From positions 1-64,000 of the forward strand of contig NIVC01003989.1 of NCBI GenBank assembly GCA_002269645.1: a stretch of DNA of 64,000 nucleotides, given 5' to 3'. The notes under the pieces were generated by a model, which had not been told where the DNA came from, did no database searches, and worked only from the letters and a program-made list of their open reading frames with translations. Shown in pieces: positions 50,554 through 63,260 of this stretch (the stretch's first letter is position 1; every line of letters starts with the position of its first letter). This stretch comes from Macrostomum lignano (Eukaryota). Made by a program: the position numbers and the translations under genes.

Positions 50554-53500
50554 TCACAATATACTAAATCTCTAAGATCTGTCTGTCTGTCTGTCTGACC
50601 GGTATTCCAGTCCACAGCCTGAATGCCTGAACCGATTTTTTTCAAACTTGCTTTATTCAACTCAAAATTCTTGTGAGATTGTGTGGGTGTAATTGCATTG
50701 AAAAATTCGAATGGGAAGTTGGGTAAATATTCGAAAAACGAGTTTTCCCAATGCTTTCAATGGAAAGCTAGAAAAGGTCAAATCTCACTAACTGAATTTC
50801 AATTCATATTAAGATTGCGCCACAACTTTTGTCTGTTCACTGTGTACGCCTCAATACTGGCTGCAATAAGTGAGAGGAAATGCTCAGTGGCTGCGTGTGT
50901 ACATTCTGACCCTGGCTGACTGGCGGACTGCATAGACAATTGCTATTTATAGATTTCACTCAATTGGGCATTGGCTCTGCCTGCACTCAACCTGTGCACA
51001 CTGAGCAGCCTATCACTGCTATGTATTTGACTGCAGTGCCGAAGCATATATGGCTGATTTTTGCGCCCTCCCATCAGTAGGCGGAATAGCCGCACTGTAG
51101 GCACTAGGACTAGGTTTAGGCTAGGCATAATCACAATATACTAAATCTCTAAGGTTTGTCTGTCTGTCTGACCGGTATTCCAGTCCACAGCCTGAATGCC
51201 TGAACCGATTTTTTTCAAACTTGCTTCATTCAATTGCAAATTCTTGTGAGATTGTGTGGGTGTCATTGCATTTAAAAAGTTAGAATGGGAAGATGGTTAA
51301 ATAATCAAAAAAAGTTTTCCCTATGCTTTCGATGGGAGGCTAGAAAAGGTCAAAATCTCACTAACTGAATAGCAATTCCAATTAAGATTGCGCCACAACT
51401 TTTCTCTATTCACTGTGTAGGCCCCAATACTGGCTGCAGTGTGCAAGGGGGAGGAGAATGCTCAGTGGCTGCGTGTGTACATTCTGACCCTGGCTGATTG
51501 GCAGACTGCATAGAGAATTGCTATTTATAGATTTCACTCAACTGTGGATTGGCTCTGCCTGCATACAACCTGTGCACACTGAACAGCCCATCACTGCTAT
51601 GTATTTGACTGCATTGCCAAAGCATATATGGCTGATTTTTGCGCCCTCCAATTAGAAAGCGGAGTAGCCGCAGTGTAGGCACTAGGACTAGGTTTAGGCT
51701 AGGCGTAAGGTGCAAGGTTCGACTCTGCCTCCTTGGTGGATGATTAAAATTAAATTAATTTAATTCATTTATAGCTTCCCCTCAACTAATTGGAATATTT
51801 TTGTTGAATTCGCAAGGCACACTTAATGAATAATTTTTGTATATACAAAATTATTCAAATTCACTAAGCAAATTTGATTTGTAAAAAAACTGCTTTGAGC
51901 ATTACTTGTCGCATCAATGGGTATTGCCTACTAGCTCCATGAAAGTATGAAATTGCTAAGTTGCTAAATGCTGAGAAAAAATTAAGATTCTTGAAAGGAT
52001 CCTTTATTTCAGTTTGCTAAATATACTGAGGAGCCCGCCGAGAGGTGAACTGCAGACTGCTAAGGGGAACTGCAGATTGGCGAAAAGATCATTCATGCAG
52101 ACTGCAGAGGGGACAAACTGAAAACTGCTTAGGTAGTTCTTCCAGACTTATAAGGCTATAGCTGCAAACTGCTGAGGGGGACTGCTTGGAGGATTGGTAG
52201 ACTTCTGAGCTGTTGTTTGCTGAGGGGACAGTTCTAGGCTGCTGAGGAGATAAATGCTTAATAATTGTTATAGACTGCAAGGGGATAACTCCAAGCTGCT
52301 AAGATAATGACTGCAGTCTGTTTTGTAGGATTAGAAGGGTTGTTGTGGGGATATCTCAAGAATTGCTAAGATGTAATGGCTTTTTGGGGCAATTTCTGAG
52401 ATTTTAAGGCCCATGGAGCATTGCTGATATGCCATGTCTTACTGGAAGAATTGCTTGAATTGAGGTTTCAAAGGCTTATGAGGGGAAGTGTTGAGATTAC
52501 AAGGCTGAAGGGGGGAAATGCTGCAATTGCTTTCTTTTGGGGGATGCTTGCTATTTAGGAATGAACGTATTGCTTAATGCTGATTTGTGCAAAGACTGCC
52601 GATATGTATCGAAAAGTAGTGAACCGATTAGTGAACCGTACTAAATTGTTAGCAAATTTTTATTGTAGAAAATATCATTGCAGTTTGCTAAGCAGGAGAC
52701 TGAGAAGCTGGCCAACAGGAGAACTGCAGATTGTCAAAAGGATCATTCATGCAGACTGCAAAGGGGACAAACTGCAAACTGCTAAGGTAGTTCTTCCAGA
52801 CATATAGATCATATCGTCTGAACGATCAAATCATAGATGTAAAGATGTGAGATGTGCAGACGGAGTTCCTCCAGACCATATTCAGAAGCAATGATATGAT
52901 CTTTTCTCCAGACTTATGAGCGTATGACTGCAAACTGCTGAGGTGGTAACTGTGGATTACTGTGGACTGCTGAGTAAATTATTGTTTGCTGTGGGTACAA
53001 TTCTAGGCCGCTAGAGTATGACTGAAGTCTGTTTTTTGGGATTAGAAGGGATAATTTCAGGTTGTTGTGGAGACATCTCAGGTATTACTGAGATGTCCAG
53101 GCTTATTGGTTGAATTGCTGAGATGTCATGGCTTTTTTGGGCTAATTTCTGAAAATTTCAAGGCTCATGGGAATTTCTGAGATGTCAAGGCTTACTAAGG
53201 GAATTCTTGAGATGTCAAGATTTCAAGGCTTATTGAGAGAATTACTGAGATGCCAAGGCTTATTGGGGGAATTTCTGAATGTCAAGGCTTATTGGGAGAA
53301 TTGCTAAGATTTGATGGCTTTTTGGGGTAATTTCTGAGATTTCAAGGCTCACGGGGAATTGCTCAGATGTCAAGGCTTACTGGGGGAATTACTGAGATTT
53401 CAAGGCTTACTGGAGGAATTTCCGAGATGTCAAGGCTTACTAAGGGAATTCTTGAGATGTCAAGATTTCAAGGCTTATTGAGAGAATTACTGAGATGCCA

Positions 53501-54266
53501 AGGCTTATTGGGGGAATTTCTGAATGTCAAGGCTTATTGGGAGAATTGCTAAGATTTGATGGCTTTTTGGGGTAATTTCTGAGATTTCAAGGCTCACGGG
53601 GAATTGCTCAGATGTCAAGGCTTACTGGGGGAATTACTGAGATTTCAAGGCTTACTGGAGGAATTTCCGAGATGTCAAGGCTTACTGGCCTGGGAGAATT
53701 GCGTAGATGTCAAGGCTCGAGTTTAATTGCTGATGTCGATGCTGACTGAGGGAATTTCTCAGATGTCAAGGCTCATGGGGGATGGCTGAATTGTTGAGAT
53801 ATCAAGGCTCATTGGGGGTGGCTGAATTTTTGGGGGGAGGGGGTTAGGTTGTTGAGCGATTGTCAGATCTTCAAGTTGTACGGCTCAAGTAGATCATTTA
53901 AATTGATACTGGAATAGTAAACAAAAATAATGCTTATTTCTGCTAATAGGAAATAAAGGAAATCAGGGATTGGCATATTGAGCTCCTGCTGCAGACCAGA
54001 ATATGCCCAAGCCAATGAAGATATGCACTAAGAGTTTGTGCTTAAAAGGATAAGCACTATTTGCTGATTGAAAAAGGGTTTTAGGCTGATGAAGGAAACA
54101 TTTTAGGCTGGTGAAAGTTTTGATTAATGGCAATTTATTTTTGCCAGTAAGCGAAAAAATGTAACTTTTGATTAATGGAAATTGAAATTAATGGTTATTC
54201 TTGGGTCTAAATAAAAACCACTTGGTGTCAATTTTAAGGCCCCCCAGCGGGGGGCTAAATGGCTAG
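50554..54266 (+). mobile_element. Non-autonomous Helitron N5 with a duplicated 5' 577 bp and an internal about 29-bp minisatellite (53080-53800)
   Basis: A|TCACAATATACTAAATC at 50554 and again at 51131; 3' CCCCCCAGCGGGGGG hairpin plus CTAG|T at 54263-54266. Confidence 0.8.
51658..51735 (+). other. tRNA-derived cassette in N5
   Basis: GCGGAGTAGCCGCAGTGTAGGCAC...AAGGTTCGACTC; truncated copy at about 51080-51128. Confidence 0.55.
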
Positions 54267-54650
54267 TATACTAAAAAAAACTATGCACCTATAGGAACCT
54301 TCGTTTAACTTTACTCTGCGTGGTCCGAATTTCGTGGGGTTTTCTGCACTCGATGCGTATTGATGGTGCGCTGGTACACAATTTTGCTAAGAAATTGCTA
54401 TTTTTTTGGGATTTTGCAGCAACACTCAAAAGTTCCACCCTCCAGGCGAGATTAATTTTTTTCACTTATTGCAAGTGATGCAATTTACTACGCACGCGCA
54501 AAGCTTATTGCCACTTGGGGGTTGATTGGATCTGCTTAATGGTCCAGGATGACAACGCGCCGCCACACCGAGCCGATGCTGTTGTTATTCAACTGAAAGA
54601 ACAGCTACAGCTGCGCCCTCTGCGCTGGCCTTCCCAGTCCCCAGACATAA
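54267..54650 (+). mobile_element. 5' region of a further, divergent Helitron
   Basis: Begins TATACTAAAAA; contains TTGCTAAGAAATTGCT, matching the conserved subterminal block. Right boundary uncertain. Confidence 0.5.
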
Positions 54651-54654
54651 ATCC

Positions 54655-55075
54655 CATCGCAATAATCTCATAGCAATAGTCTCATAGCAGTTTTGCGGTA
54701 ATCTCATAGCAATGATCTTATAGCGGCTCTTCGAAAATCTCATAGTAGCTCTCAAATAATCTCATATTAGCTCCTCAATAATCTCATGCAATAATATCAT
54801 AGCAGCTTTGCAATAATCTCATAGCAGCTTCGCAATAATCTCATAGCAATAACCTCAGCAGTTTTGCAATAATCTCACAGCAGCTCTTCAATAATCTCAT
54901 AGCAGTTTTACAAAAATCTCATAGCAGCTCTGCAATAATTTCATTAAGCTCTTTAATAATCTTAAACTAGCTTTACAATAATCTCATAGTAGCTTTACAA
55001 TAATCTCATAGTAGCTTTACAATAATCTCATAGCAGTTTTACAATTATCTCAGCAGTTTTGCAATAATATTACAG
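54655..55075. repeat. About 22-bp minisatellite (AATAATCTCATAGCAGCTTTGC)
   Basis: Degenerate tandem units. Confidence 0.8.
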
Positions 55076-55083
55076 CAGCTCTT

Positions 55084-57314
55084 TGATGTAACCGCCCTTG
55101 TCGCCTGCCCGCTCCGTAGAGAGACGAACGCATGACTAGAGGGGGCAATGACCGTAGGCTGCCTATGACCGGGCAACCACCTGACGGACCTCCAGCACCA
55201 GACTGTCCCGCCCACATGATTAGTAGCTTTTGGTAGCGCTTCGTGACCAGAGGGCCAAGGACCCACATGGACCCCACCTGTAGCCAAGGTGCAATAGTTG
55301 GTCACTCGGTCATGGTATGACCCGAGTGGCTGCCACCACTCTATGTGACCTGGCGCACCTGGATCTTTCTACCAGACCTCTCGAGGCTAGAGCCCCGCCT
55401 GGATTGGTTACCAGGGGATTTAGGCTAACAGGGGAGACGCATGCAGCCGAGTACAGGGACTCTGCTTGGGGCATGATCGGGAACTCTGGGCTCAATCCTG
55501 GAGGATTTCTCAGCAGGGGATCCTTTGTGGCTGTGAGCGAGGCTGACTTGCGACTTTGATTACTAAGAGTAGTATGAGGCGAACATGTACTGTCTACAGT
55601 TTAGATTGCTCAGGGCGAAGGGACGCGTAAGCAGGGGGTTGCAACCTTCCTACTGCCATCCTGTGCCAAGACTCGCTAATCCCTCTACTGCACGCACACG
55701 CGGCCCCGCAGCACGCACTCACAGGCGGGCTTTGCACGGGGAGAGGCCATTAGCTTACCCAAACTTCCTTATGCTTTGCCACCCCGGGAGAAAGGCTTAA
55801 CAAGCCATGAGTTAAATGATGGTGAAAGATTGAATGATGATGAAGTTAGTTAATAGTTAATAATTAGGCCCTTAGGCGAATAATCAGGCACTTAGGCGGC
55901 TTCACTATTGAGTAAAATACAGCAAAAGATACGGTATCACAATTGGCTCAGCTCTCTAATCAGACAATGGAAAATAGGCAAACCCCGGATAAGCAGAGGC
56001 AATTAGAGCACAAATTAGTAACAGGAACTTACCGGCAGCTGCACAGAGAGAGAGAGAGGCGGAGTGACCGAGGGCGGCTGTAGGCTGCAGTCAGGCAGAC
56101 AGTGAAGCGGCGATGCGCTGGAGCGACGAGGCGCTGATGTAGATCAGGCGATGCTGATGATGCTGGGCGGTATCAGACCGCTGGCCGATAGGCGAGCTCA
56201 CTTGGGGAGCTAAGGATAACTTGGCGGTAACAGACCGCGGACCGGCAGGGATTCGTCTTATAGACGAATGGGTCAGAACTCAATCTGACTGCAAGTCCAA
56301 AGAAGGACGAGGAGAGGAAAAAAGGTTGAAGCGTAGAACGCGAAAGCACTGACGATTCTCATGCCGAAATCGCTTCCTTTTATAGACCTCACAGCCGCCT
56401 CCTCAAGGTCGTTACCATGGCTCCCTCTCTCTGATTGGCTGCCGGCAGAATGACGTCAGAATGAGTCATGATGAGAAGCATGAGACCGGCATAGCAACAT
56501 GAGAAATAGGGAAATTGCGCAATCCGGAGGTGGGGTGGGGGGATAATTGGCGCAGCGGGTGGTTGCGAAAGTGTTGCGCAAGCAAACATTGAGAACAATA
56601 GGGCTGGGGTCGAGAACAAAGGAATTGGAAATCGGGATAATTGGGGAAAACTGAGAACAATGGAAAAGTAAACATTGGAGAAAAGGTGATAATTAGGTGC
56701 GAAAACGAGAACAAAAGAAAGAGAAAATCGGAGAAAATGTGATAATTGGTGGGGGTCGAGAGAACAAAAGAAGCAAAAACGAGAACAATAGAAGCGGAGG
56801 TGGGGTGGGTGTCGCATGAGAAATTTGGGGAGGAGAACAATGGCGTGAGAAAAGGTTGCGCAAGAGAGGGGGATGAGTCATCGATGAATCACCGAGGGGG
56901 AGAGGGGGTCACACGACTTGCGTCACCGTTCGGGAGTTTGAGAGGGGATGGGGGACGGTGAGCACACAAAATACTGTAAGTAGACACAGGGAAAGAGGGG
57001 ACAGCGCAGGAAAAGAGTGCAGAGGGCGAAAAAAAAGAGAGGAGATAGAGAAAGTACAGGAAGAATAGGGCGGAAACAGAAGAGATAGGGTAGAGGGGGA
57101 GGTACAGAAAGGGGTAGGGGCTCCGGAAAGGCAGGTGTGGCGGCAGGAGAGACGGGACCAAGGCAGCAGGAGGGGTGCAGCAGAGCGAGAGTCTCCAGGC
57201 CCGGTCGGAGACCTGGCCGAGTCTCGACAGCTCTGTGCAGAGGGTGCACGGGATAGGAGGCACTTTCGAAAAAGTTCCCATGCCCTATCCCGCGACCAGA
57301 GCGTGGTTACATCA
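55084..57314 (-). mobile_element. Unclassified LTR-like or TIR element bounded by TGATGTAACC...GGTTACATCA
   Basis: Inverted termini (10 bp perfect, then degenerate); internal minus-strand TGACGTCA, CCAAT and TATAAAA in order (56458 to 56378) and a GTAAGT donor near 56030; no TSD found. Confidence 0.4.
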
Positions 57315-57899
57315 CACCCCCACTGCCTTTTGTGACGGAACTGGTTCCGTCATCATCACTGCCCAACATGGAACCACACAGACGGGAGCGGGATCTCAAC
57401 CGAACGTGAAATCACAGAATTAACAAACCGCGAGCGGGAATGGGAAAAGGCGATAAAATAGAGGGGATAGCAATAAATTCACAAAACGAGATACATAGGT
57501 TGAAGTGCAATACAGAATTTCAAAAACTTCAACTGTTGCCGTGGCTAAAGTGGGAGGGGGGAACACAGGCAGCGCAATAGTAGGGAGAAAAATAGCGAAT
57601 TGTCAACAATAAATTATCATAATTGGATAGAAGCGCAGCTGGGGGAGAGAGGAAACGGGGAAGGGTGAGGGAAGTGGGGAAAAAGAAGGGGGGAAGGGTT
57701 GCTAGCACACAGCCAAGGGCAGAGCCTCGGGAGAACGACAATTACACAGTGGGAAAATACTAATGCAGCGCAGTAAATTAATAAGCTAATTTCGCCGGGA
57801 GTTCAACCGCACGGAGGCCTAGCGTCCTTGAAGGCTCGGACCCCGCTTCAGCCAGTCAGAGGGCTTCGGGGCGATCGGTTGTAGGCTGGGAGGCGCCGC

Positions 57900-58030
57900 G
57901 CCGGGCGCTGGCCACTGTATAAAAGGCGCCACTGATGACGGGAGCCGGCTGCCTGCAACCTACACGGAGTCGCAGTTTCCAACCAAGGCACTCAGCGCGA
58001 TTTTCCAAACTATACAACTACTCGGTAAGT
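57900..58030 (+). promoter_or_regulatory. TATA-box promoter-like module with a short non-coding first exon
   Basis: GC-rich upstream region, TATAAAAG at about 57917, G|GTAAGT at about 58024; no downstream coding exon found. Confidence 0.35.
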
Positions 58031-58371
58031 CCCATCACCAACCTGATTTCCTTTCGCCTGTACGTTAAACGAAATCCACCCACTTGCCATGCCTTTCATA
58101 TTAAACTGAGCCAATTGCAGTAATAATATATGGCCTTTCTTACGGTAAAAGTAGTGAGCAGCCAACACAGAGCCATTTTTAGGAACTTTTAGGATAATGA
58201 CACAACAATGACTCGTATATTGGTTATTAAAGTTTAAAAATGAATATTAGGGAAGAACCGAATATTAATAGGATAATTTCACACACACACACACGACAAA
58301 CACACAACGCAAGGGGCGGAAAGGCGGGTCGGACCGGCCGGCGGACGTCGCTCAGCAGGCAGTCGGCATCC

Positions 58372-59719
58372 TTACTCGAAATGGGCCTCTTGATTTAGCT
58401 GGTACGGGCCATATGCCGCCACCTGAGCCATGGCACTGGCCCATGCTTCCACATAACGTTGGGCTGCCGCGGCCGTGAGCACCACTCGGTGCCATCGGCT
58501 AGGCAAGATGTCGTTGCGCAGCACGCCCCTCAACTGCGGCAGAGTCGGGATGCCCAGGGCCCGGCATTGGACGACAAAGGCCGCATTCCGTACTTGTTGC
58601 AGCCGTGTCAGAGTTGGTGCAGACAGGGGCGGCTGCACGATTGCAAAATGCTGCAAAGTGCCACGGGGCACCTCGGCCAGGCCCGCGTAGCCGGGCTCAA
58701 CGTCGCCCAGGGCCGCCAACACCCACCCACAGCGGCGATTGAACCGTTGCGAGAGAGTGGCGGCCCAGGCCACTGTGGCAAACGGCGCATAGAGGAGGGG
58801 CGCAGAGGCCGGCGCGGAGGCCGCAAGAATGCCGTCGTGGATGACGAGAGCCTCTTCCCATTCGGCGCCCTCGCTCAGGAAGCCCCAGAGCAGCCCTGGC
58901 AGGTCCGCAGGAAGCATGCCCCAGCGGCTGGCCAAGCTGGCCAGGCCAATCAATAGCCGGGCTCTCTGGGTTGGTGTCAGTTGTCTAGTCATCTGAGAGG
59001 AGGCTGCGCAGCTGATGATCACCTTCTTGTAGACCGGCCGATCGCAGGTGCTGAAGATTGCTGTGATGGGGGCACAGGACGGCGGCCGGGCTGTCAGGTG
59101 TGATGGTTCCTCCTCCACAACCTTGCGGAGGAACTTGGCGGCCTGCCGGACTAGGTCGCCGAGGGCGTATTTGTAGGCGCTCTGGGCCGCTGCCTCGATG
59201 TACATTAACAGCGTATTGTCAACCAATCCCAGCAGGGCCGCTTTTGACAGGATGAGCAGACAGGGCCGGTCCAGGTTGTCGCGAAGTTGGCGCTCTAGAG
59301 TCGCGTGCCTGTCCTCGGCCTGGAGTGGGCCATGATAGGACTCGGGCCCGACCCAGTGCACCAGATCCATTGCTGTCGCCGAAGGTTCGCCAGCCACCTG
59401 ACCCCAATCGACTTCTTCTCTTTGCAGGGCGATGTCCACACTTCGGCGGCTGTTGGCAGAACATCACGCAGGCGGCGGGCCGCCTCGCCGAATTCGGCCG
59501 CCATGTCCGAAATGTCCGCGGTGTCGCCCCAGCATTGGCCGGGTCGATTGTCTCGTCACCTTCTTCGACCCTGGCGGAGGCCGCCGCTGGCGGCTCGGGG
59601 CCGTCCTCCGCCTCTTGGATGGCGTCACGGGGCCGCTTTCGGCTAACCGGGCTGGCAGGACGCTCAGACGGTAAGCTGGAGCATAGCTGAATTCGATTGA
59701 TGGTAGGCTTCGTGTCCAT
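58372..59719 (-). pseudogene. Orphan GC-rich ORF (about 450 aa if two frameshifts are corrected), unknown function
   Basis: A 355-codon open frame, plus upstream segments that join as MDTKPT...TPRTF / DISDMAAEFG...TAAE / VDIALQ; no motif recognised. Confidence 0.55.
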
Positions 59720-59847
59720 GTCAAGCTGGATAGTTCATAGAATGCTTCAGCGATTGAATGACAGAATGATTTCTCTGATTGATGATTTCCAGCTCTGGCA
59801 GGCGTGGGTCTTCTTATAGTGCCGGTATTATGCTTTCAACACTCCCC

Positions 59848-59911
59848 TACTTCCACTCTCCCCCCGGAGAACTCAAGTATGTTTGAGTTCTCCGGGGGGA
59901 GAGTGGAAGTA
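59848..59911. repeat. Perfect 29-bp-stem hairpin between the integrase and the orphan ORF
   Basis: TACTTCCACTCTCCCCCCGGAGAACTCAA-GTATGT-TTGAGTTCTCCGGGGGGAGAGTGGAAGTA. Confidence 0.9.
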
Positions 59912-60190
59912 AATTGTAGTCTCCGTGGGAGAGACTTTGTGGCGATCATGTAGTCTCCCCTGGTCGTGTGGTCTCCCCCTAGTGTTTTTTTATCTTTTGC
60001 GTTGCAATCTCCCGCATGAACTCTCCCCCACGAAGAGCCGTATTTAAAATATGTATCGGCACAAAAAAGTTCAAACATTTCTGTAATTTTCTAAACCAAA
60101 GTCAAAAAAAGATATATTTTCAGAGATTAGTAAATCCTAGTTAATTGTAAGTGATTAAATGAGCAGCATAAATTTGACAGCACTTGCGGT

Positions 60191-61502
60191 TTAAGTGGCC
60201 AATTTTAGATGAACACCATTGATGCAACGGGAAATGTCCTCCAACTTGTACACGTTTCGGCCAAGCGCTGCAGTGATGGTGAAGATTTTACGGCTCCAGA
60301 GAGGCGACATTTTTCCACCTTTACGATCATCACGGCGCTTGTTGCGAAGCCGTACCTTGTCACCAACTTTGAAGTCGCTGAACTTGGCCGCTCCCAGTCG
60401 CTGCTGGTGTGTGCGTACCATGATGTGCTGAGCTCGGCGAATTCGGCGATAGAGTCGAAGCTTAGTTCGCGCGCGCTCTTCGTCCTTGATGCGCAGCCAG
60501 TCACGATCCAGCGTTGGCTCTAGGTAGCGCCTGTCTGCCTCTCCATCAGCGAAGTCGGAAGGAAGAACAGCGGTGTGTCCAAAAGCGGCCTTGAATGGAG
60601 AGACACCTGTGACCGAATGTTTTCTAGCATTGTATGACAGCTGAATCTGTCCCAGATGCGAGTCCCAGTCAGTTGCAGTTTCGTCACAGGATTTGCGGAG
60701 CATGAGGAGGCATGTCTGGTTGAGCCTCTCCGTTTGACCATTGCTTTGAGGGTGGTAGGAGCTGGTGACTCGACGCTCCGATGCACCAGATTGCAAAAGT
60801 TGGTCGATGACATGGTTGCAAAATTCTCGACCTTGATCCGATAGAAGAACTCGTGGCCAACCAAAAATATTAAACACCTCGCGCAAGACAGGCGATCGTC
60901 ACTGCTTGGATGTTTGGTAGAGCTCGAAAAATGGCAAACTTGGTGAATTTGCATGTGATTGTCAGGATGTACTTGTTTCCCGCGGAAGACACGTTCGGCA
61001 TAGTAATGCAGTCGATGCAGGTAAATCCGAAGAGATGCTCAGCCGAAGATGGGATGCTAATTGGGTGCAATTCACGCGAGGCAGAGCGGAACTTCTTGTT
61101 ATTTAGTTGACATGGCTCACAATGTTTTATGATATCCTCGCAGATGGCCGTGACATTAGATTCTGTGAAAAATCGCTCGTTGAACTTGGTGATAGTAGTC
61201 CGAATGCCGCAATGTTTTCCTTCTAGGTGTAGTGCCAGCACCCTTTCCCGAGTCTCAGGCTCTGAAAAAATGACGGGTCGCTCATTCTCGCTGCGTTGCT
61301 TCTGTGAGTTTTCCTTGTTCATGACTTTTTTCTGCAGTCTGCCGTCTCGAAGGGTAAAGGTCTTTGATTTTTCCCGTATTCTCCGCTTTAGATTCTTTGC
61401 TGCTGCACCATTCAGCTGCTCGGGAATGTCGACGTAAGAATTGGACAGCAAATAATGAAAAACCTGATTTAGCGAGGCAGTTGCCATTATTGCGGTCAGC
61501 AA
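60191..61502 (-). CDS. Stand-alone Gypsy-type DDE integrase (Ginger/GIN- or Polinton-like), one frameshift
   Basis: H2C2 (HLEGKHCG...CEPCQ), D (IDCIT), D (SDQGREF), E (HPQSNGQTERLN), C-terminal FKVGDKV...LGRNVYKL; frameshift near 60880; no RT/RNase H upstream. Confidence 0.85.
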
Positions 61503-62379
61503 TGAATTAATTTTTATTGAGACTTGGGACTAATTGGTGCACGTGAATTAAATAAAGCTCAATTCTATTGATCGACCAGGTTTCAGCTCTACAACCCACC
61601 CTCCCTCCGAACCCACCAATTCTAAACTAAATCAGTGAGTTGGAATTCAGATTCATAAAATTGCGTCACCAGAATATGTCACAGCTACTCATAGTGCTGC
61701 AAGACCTGGGGCTTAAAGCTTAAATGATTTGCCTGCGCTAATGTGCAAGGTGCGTGTAGGGGTGCGAAAGTGTGCTCACCGAACGTTTATGGATAAGTGG
61801 GGGAGGGTGCAAGTAAGGGAGAGACTAGAAAGTCCGACTAATGTCGTGACTTGCCGTCTCCCCTAGGGAGCGAATTCAAGTCACTCGACGATCGTTTTGT
61901 ACTCTCCGGGGGAGAGCGCATGAGGTGGGAGAGTACAAAGTCTGACACCGGGGCTGGCTTCTCATTGGTTGAGCACACTGGGAGGCACACCTGCTGCGGC
62001 CGGGGTCGCCGTTGGCTTGGGACCGCTCGCTTTAGTCTCCGTGCGCTCTGATTGGCTGGTTCCGCCACTTCCTGTTTCCTCACCTGTGAGCAGGGGGCAG
62101 ACCCGAGACCACCTCCGTTCGCGCCCGCGCAGATCCGTACTCCAGCCGACAGAGATCGCACTCCCACCTCACATGCACACATTCAGATCAGGCACACAAA
62201 TTAATTTGGTTAATATGAATAGAAGAGGGATTTGGGAGATTAGACTCCGGAGGATTAATGATGAAGCGGCCCAACTCCCTTCGATTTCTTCCTTCAACGC
62301 CACGCACACGCAGTTCTCATCCATGCCTCCGAGACCCTCATAAACTTAACAGCCGAAAGAATTTGAAAGAGGAATTAAT

Positions 62380-62700
62380 CATTAATTTGACTGCCACCAG
62401 TTTGATGTACTATTATAAAAGAGAAAGGGGAACCTACCACCATCTTGGCGCATTACTAAAGAAAAGAAAAGGAGGATCAGCCACCATTTTGAGAGAGGTT
62501 GCTAGGGAAAACTGCCACCAATTGTACATTAACAGGGAAGAGAAAGAGGGAACTCGTCACCAATTAGAGTGGATTGCACGGGGAAACTGCCACCATTTGC
62601 CCTTCTACCAGAGGAGAGGAAGACGAAAAACTGCCATCACTTAGAGGTGTATTATTAAAAGAAGGCGGGGAATAAGGCTACCACTACTTGATCACCTAGA
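62380..62700. repeat. Degenerate about 40-bp minisatellite with core ACTGCCACCA
   Basis: About 8 cores at 32-47 bp spacing. Confidence 0.55.
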
Positions 62701-62834
62701 GCTCAAGAGAAGGAAAGGGAATGAAGAAATGAAGAAACCCCAAGAAGGCCACTATCACACGCCATAAAGTTAAGATCCCCATCTATCTACATCCTAATAA
62801 TTTGCTAGTTTCCTAACTCCTATCTTATCCTTTA

Positions 62835-63260
62835 AATTCTTGCGTCCAGGGCTCCGACAGGTCACCGCCGAGCCCATTGTTGAAGAGGAGTCCGACTACG
62901 AAGCGCCCGAGGGCAGCCTTTCCGGGCCGGACACCCACTCCGATTCTGGGTCGGCCGCACCACCAGGCGGAGTCGGCGCCGAGGCGCCCGAGCCGCGCGG
63001 TAATCGGGCCGCCAGCGCGCCAGCGCCCGGGCCAGTTGGTCGCCGGCGCCGCCACCGCTGTCAGGACGAGCCCGACCTCAGCCGCCGGTGGCGACCGTGG
63101 CACCGGTAGCCGCTGCCCCACAGTTCTCGCCAGCCTCTATGGTGGAGACCGATGGCTCCTGGCACTTGGTCGTGCTGGCGACGGCCCTGGTAGCCGGTCT
63201 CACCATGCATTGGCTGCTGCTCTTGGAGCTGTTTCTGCGGCTTCCCAACTGCTGATACTA
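62835..63260 (+). pseudogene. Possible degenerate exon: acidic/Pro-rich segment ending in a hydrophobic (TM-like) stretch
   Basis: CAG acceptor, then EEESDYEAPEG...; a shifted frame ends WHLVVLATALVAGLTMHWLLLLELFL. Confidence 0.3.

Noticed and set aside
60865-60890. Programmed ribosomal frameshift in the integrase
   Set aside because: It falls inside the catalytic core with no slippery heptamer; more likely a mutation or sequencing error.
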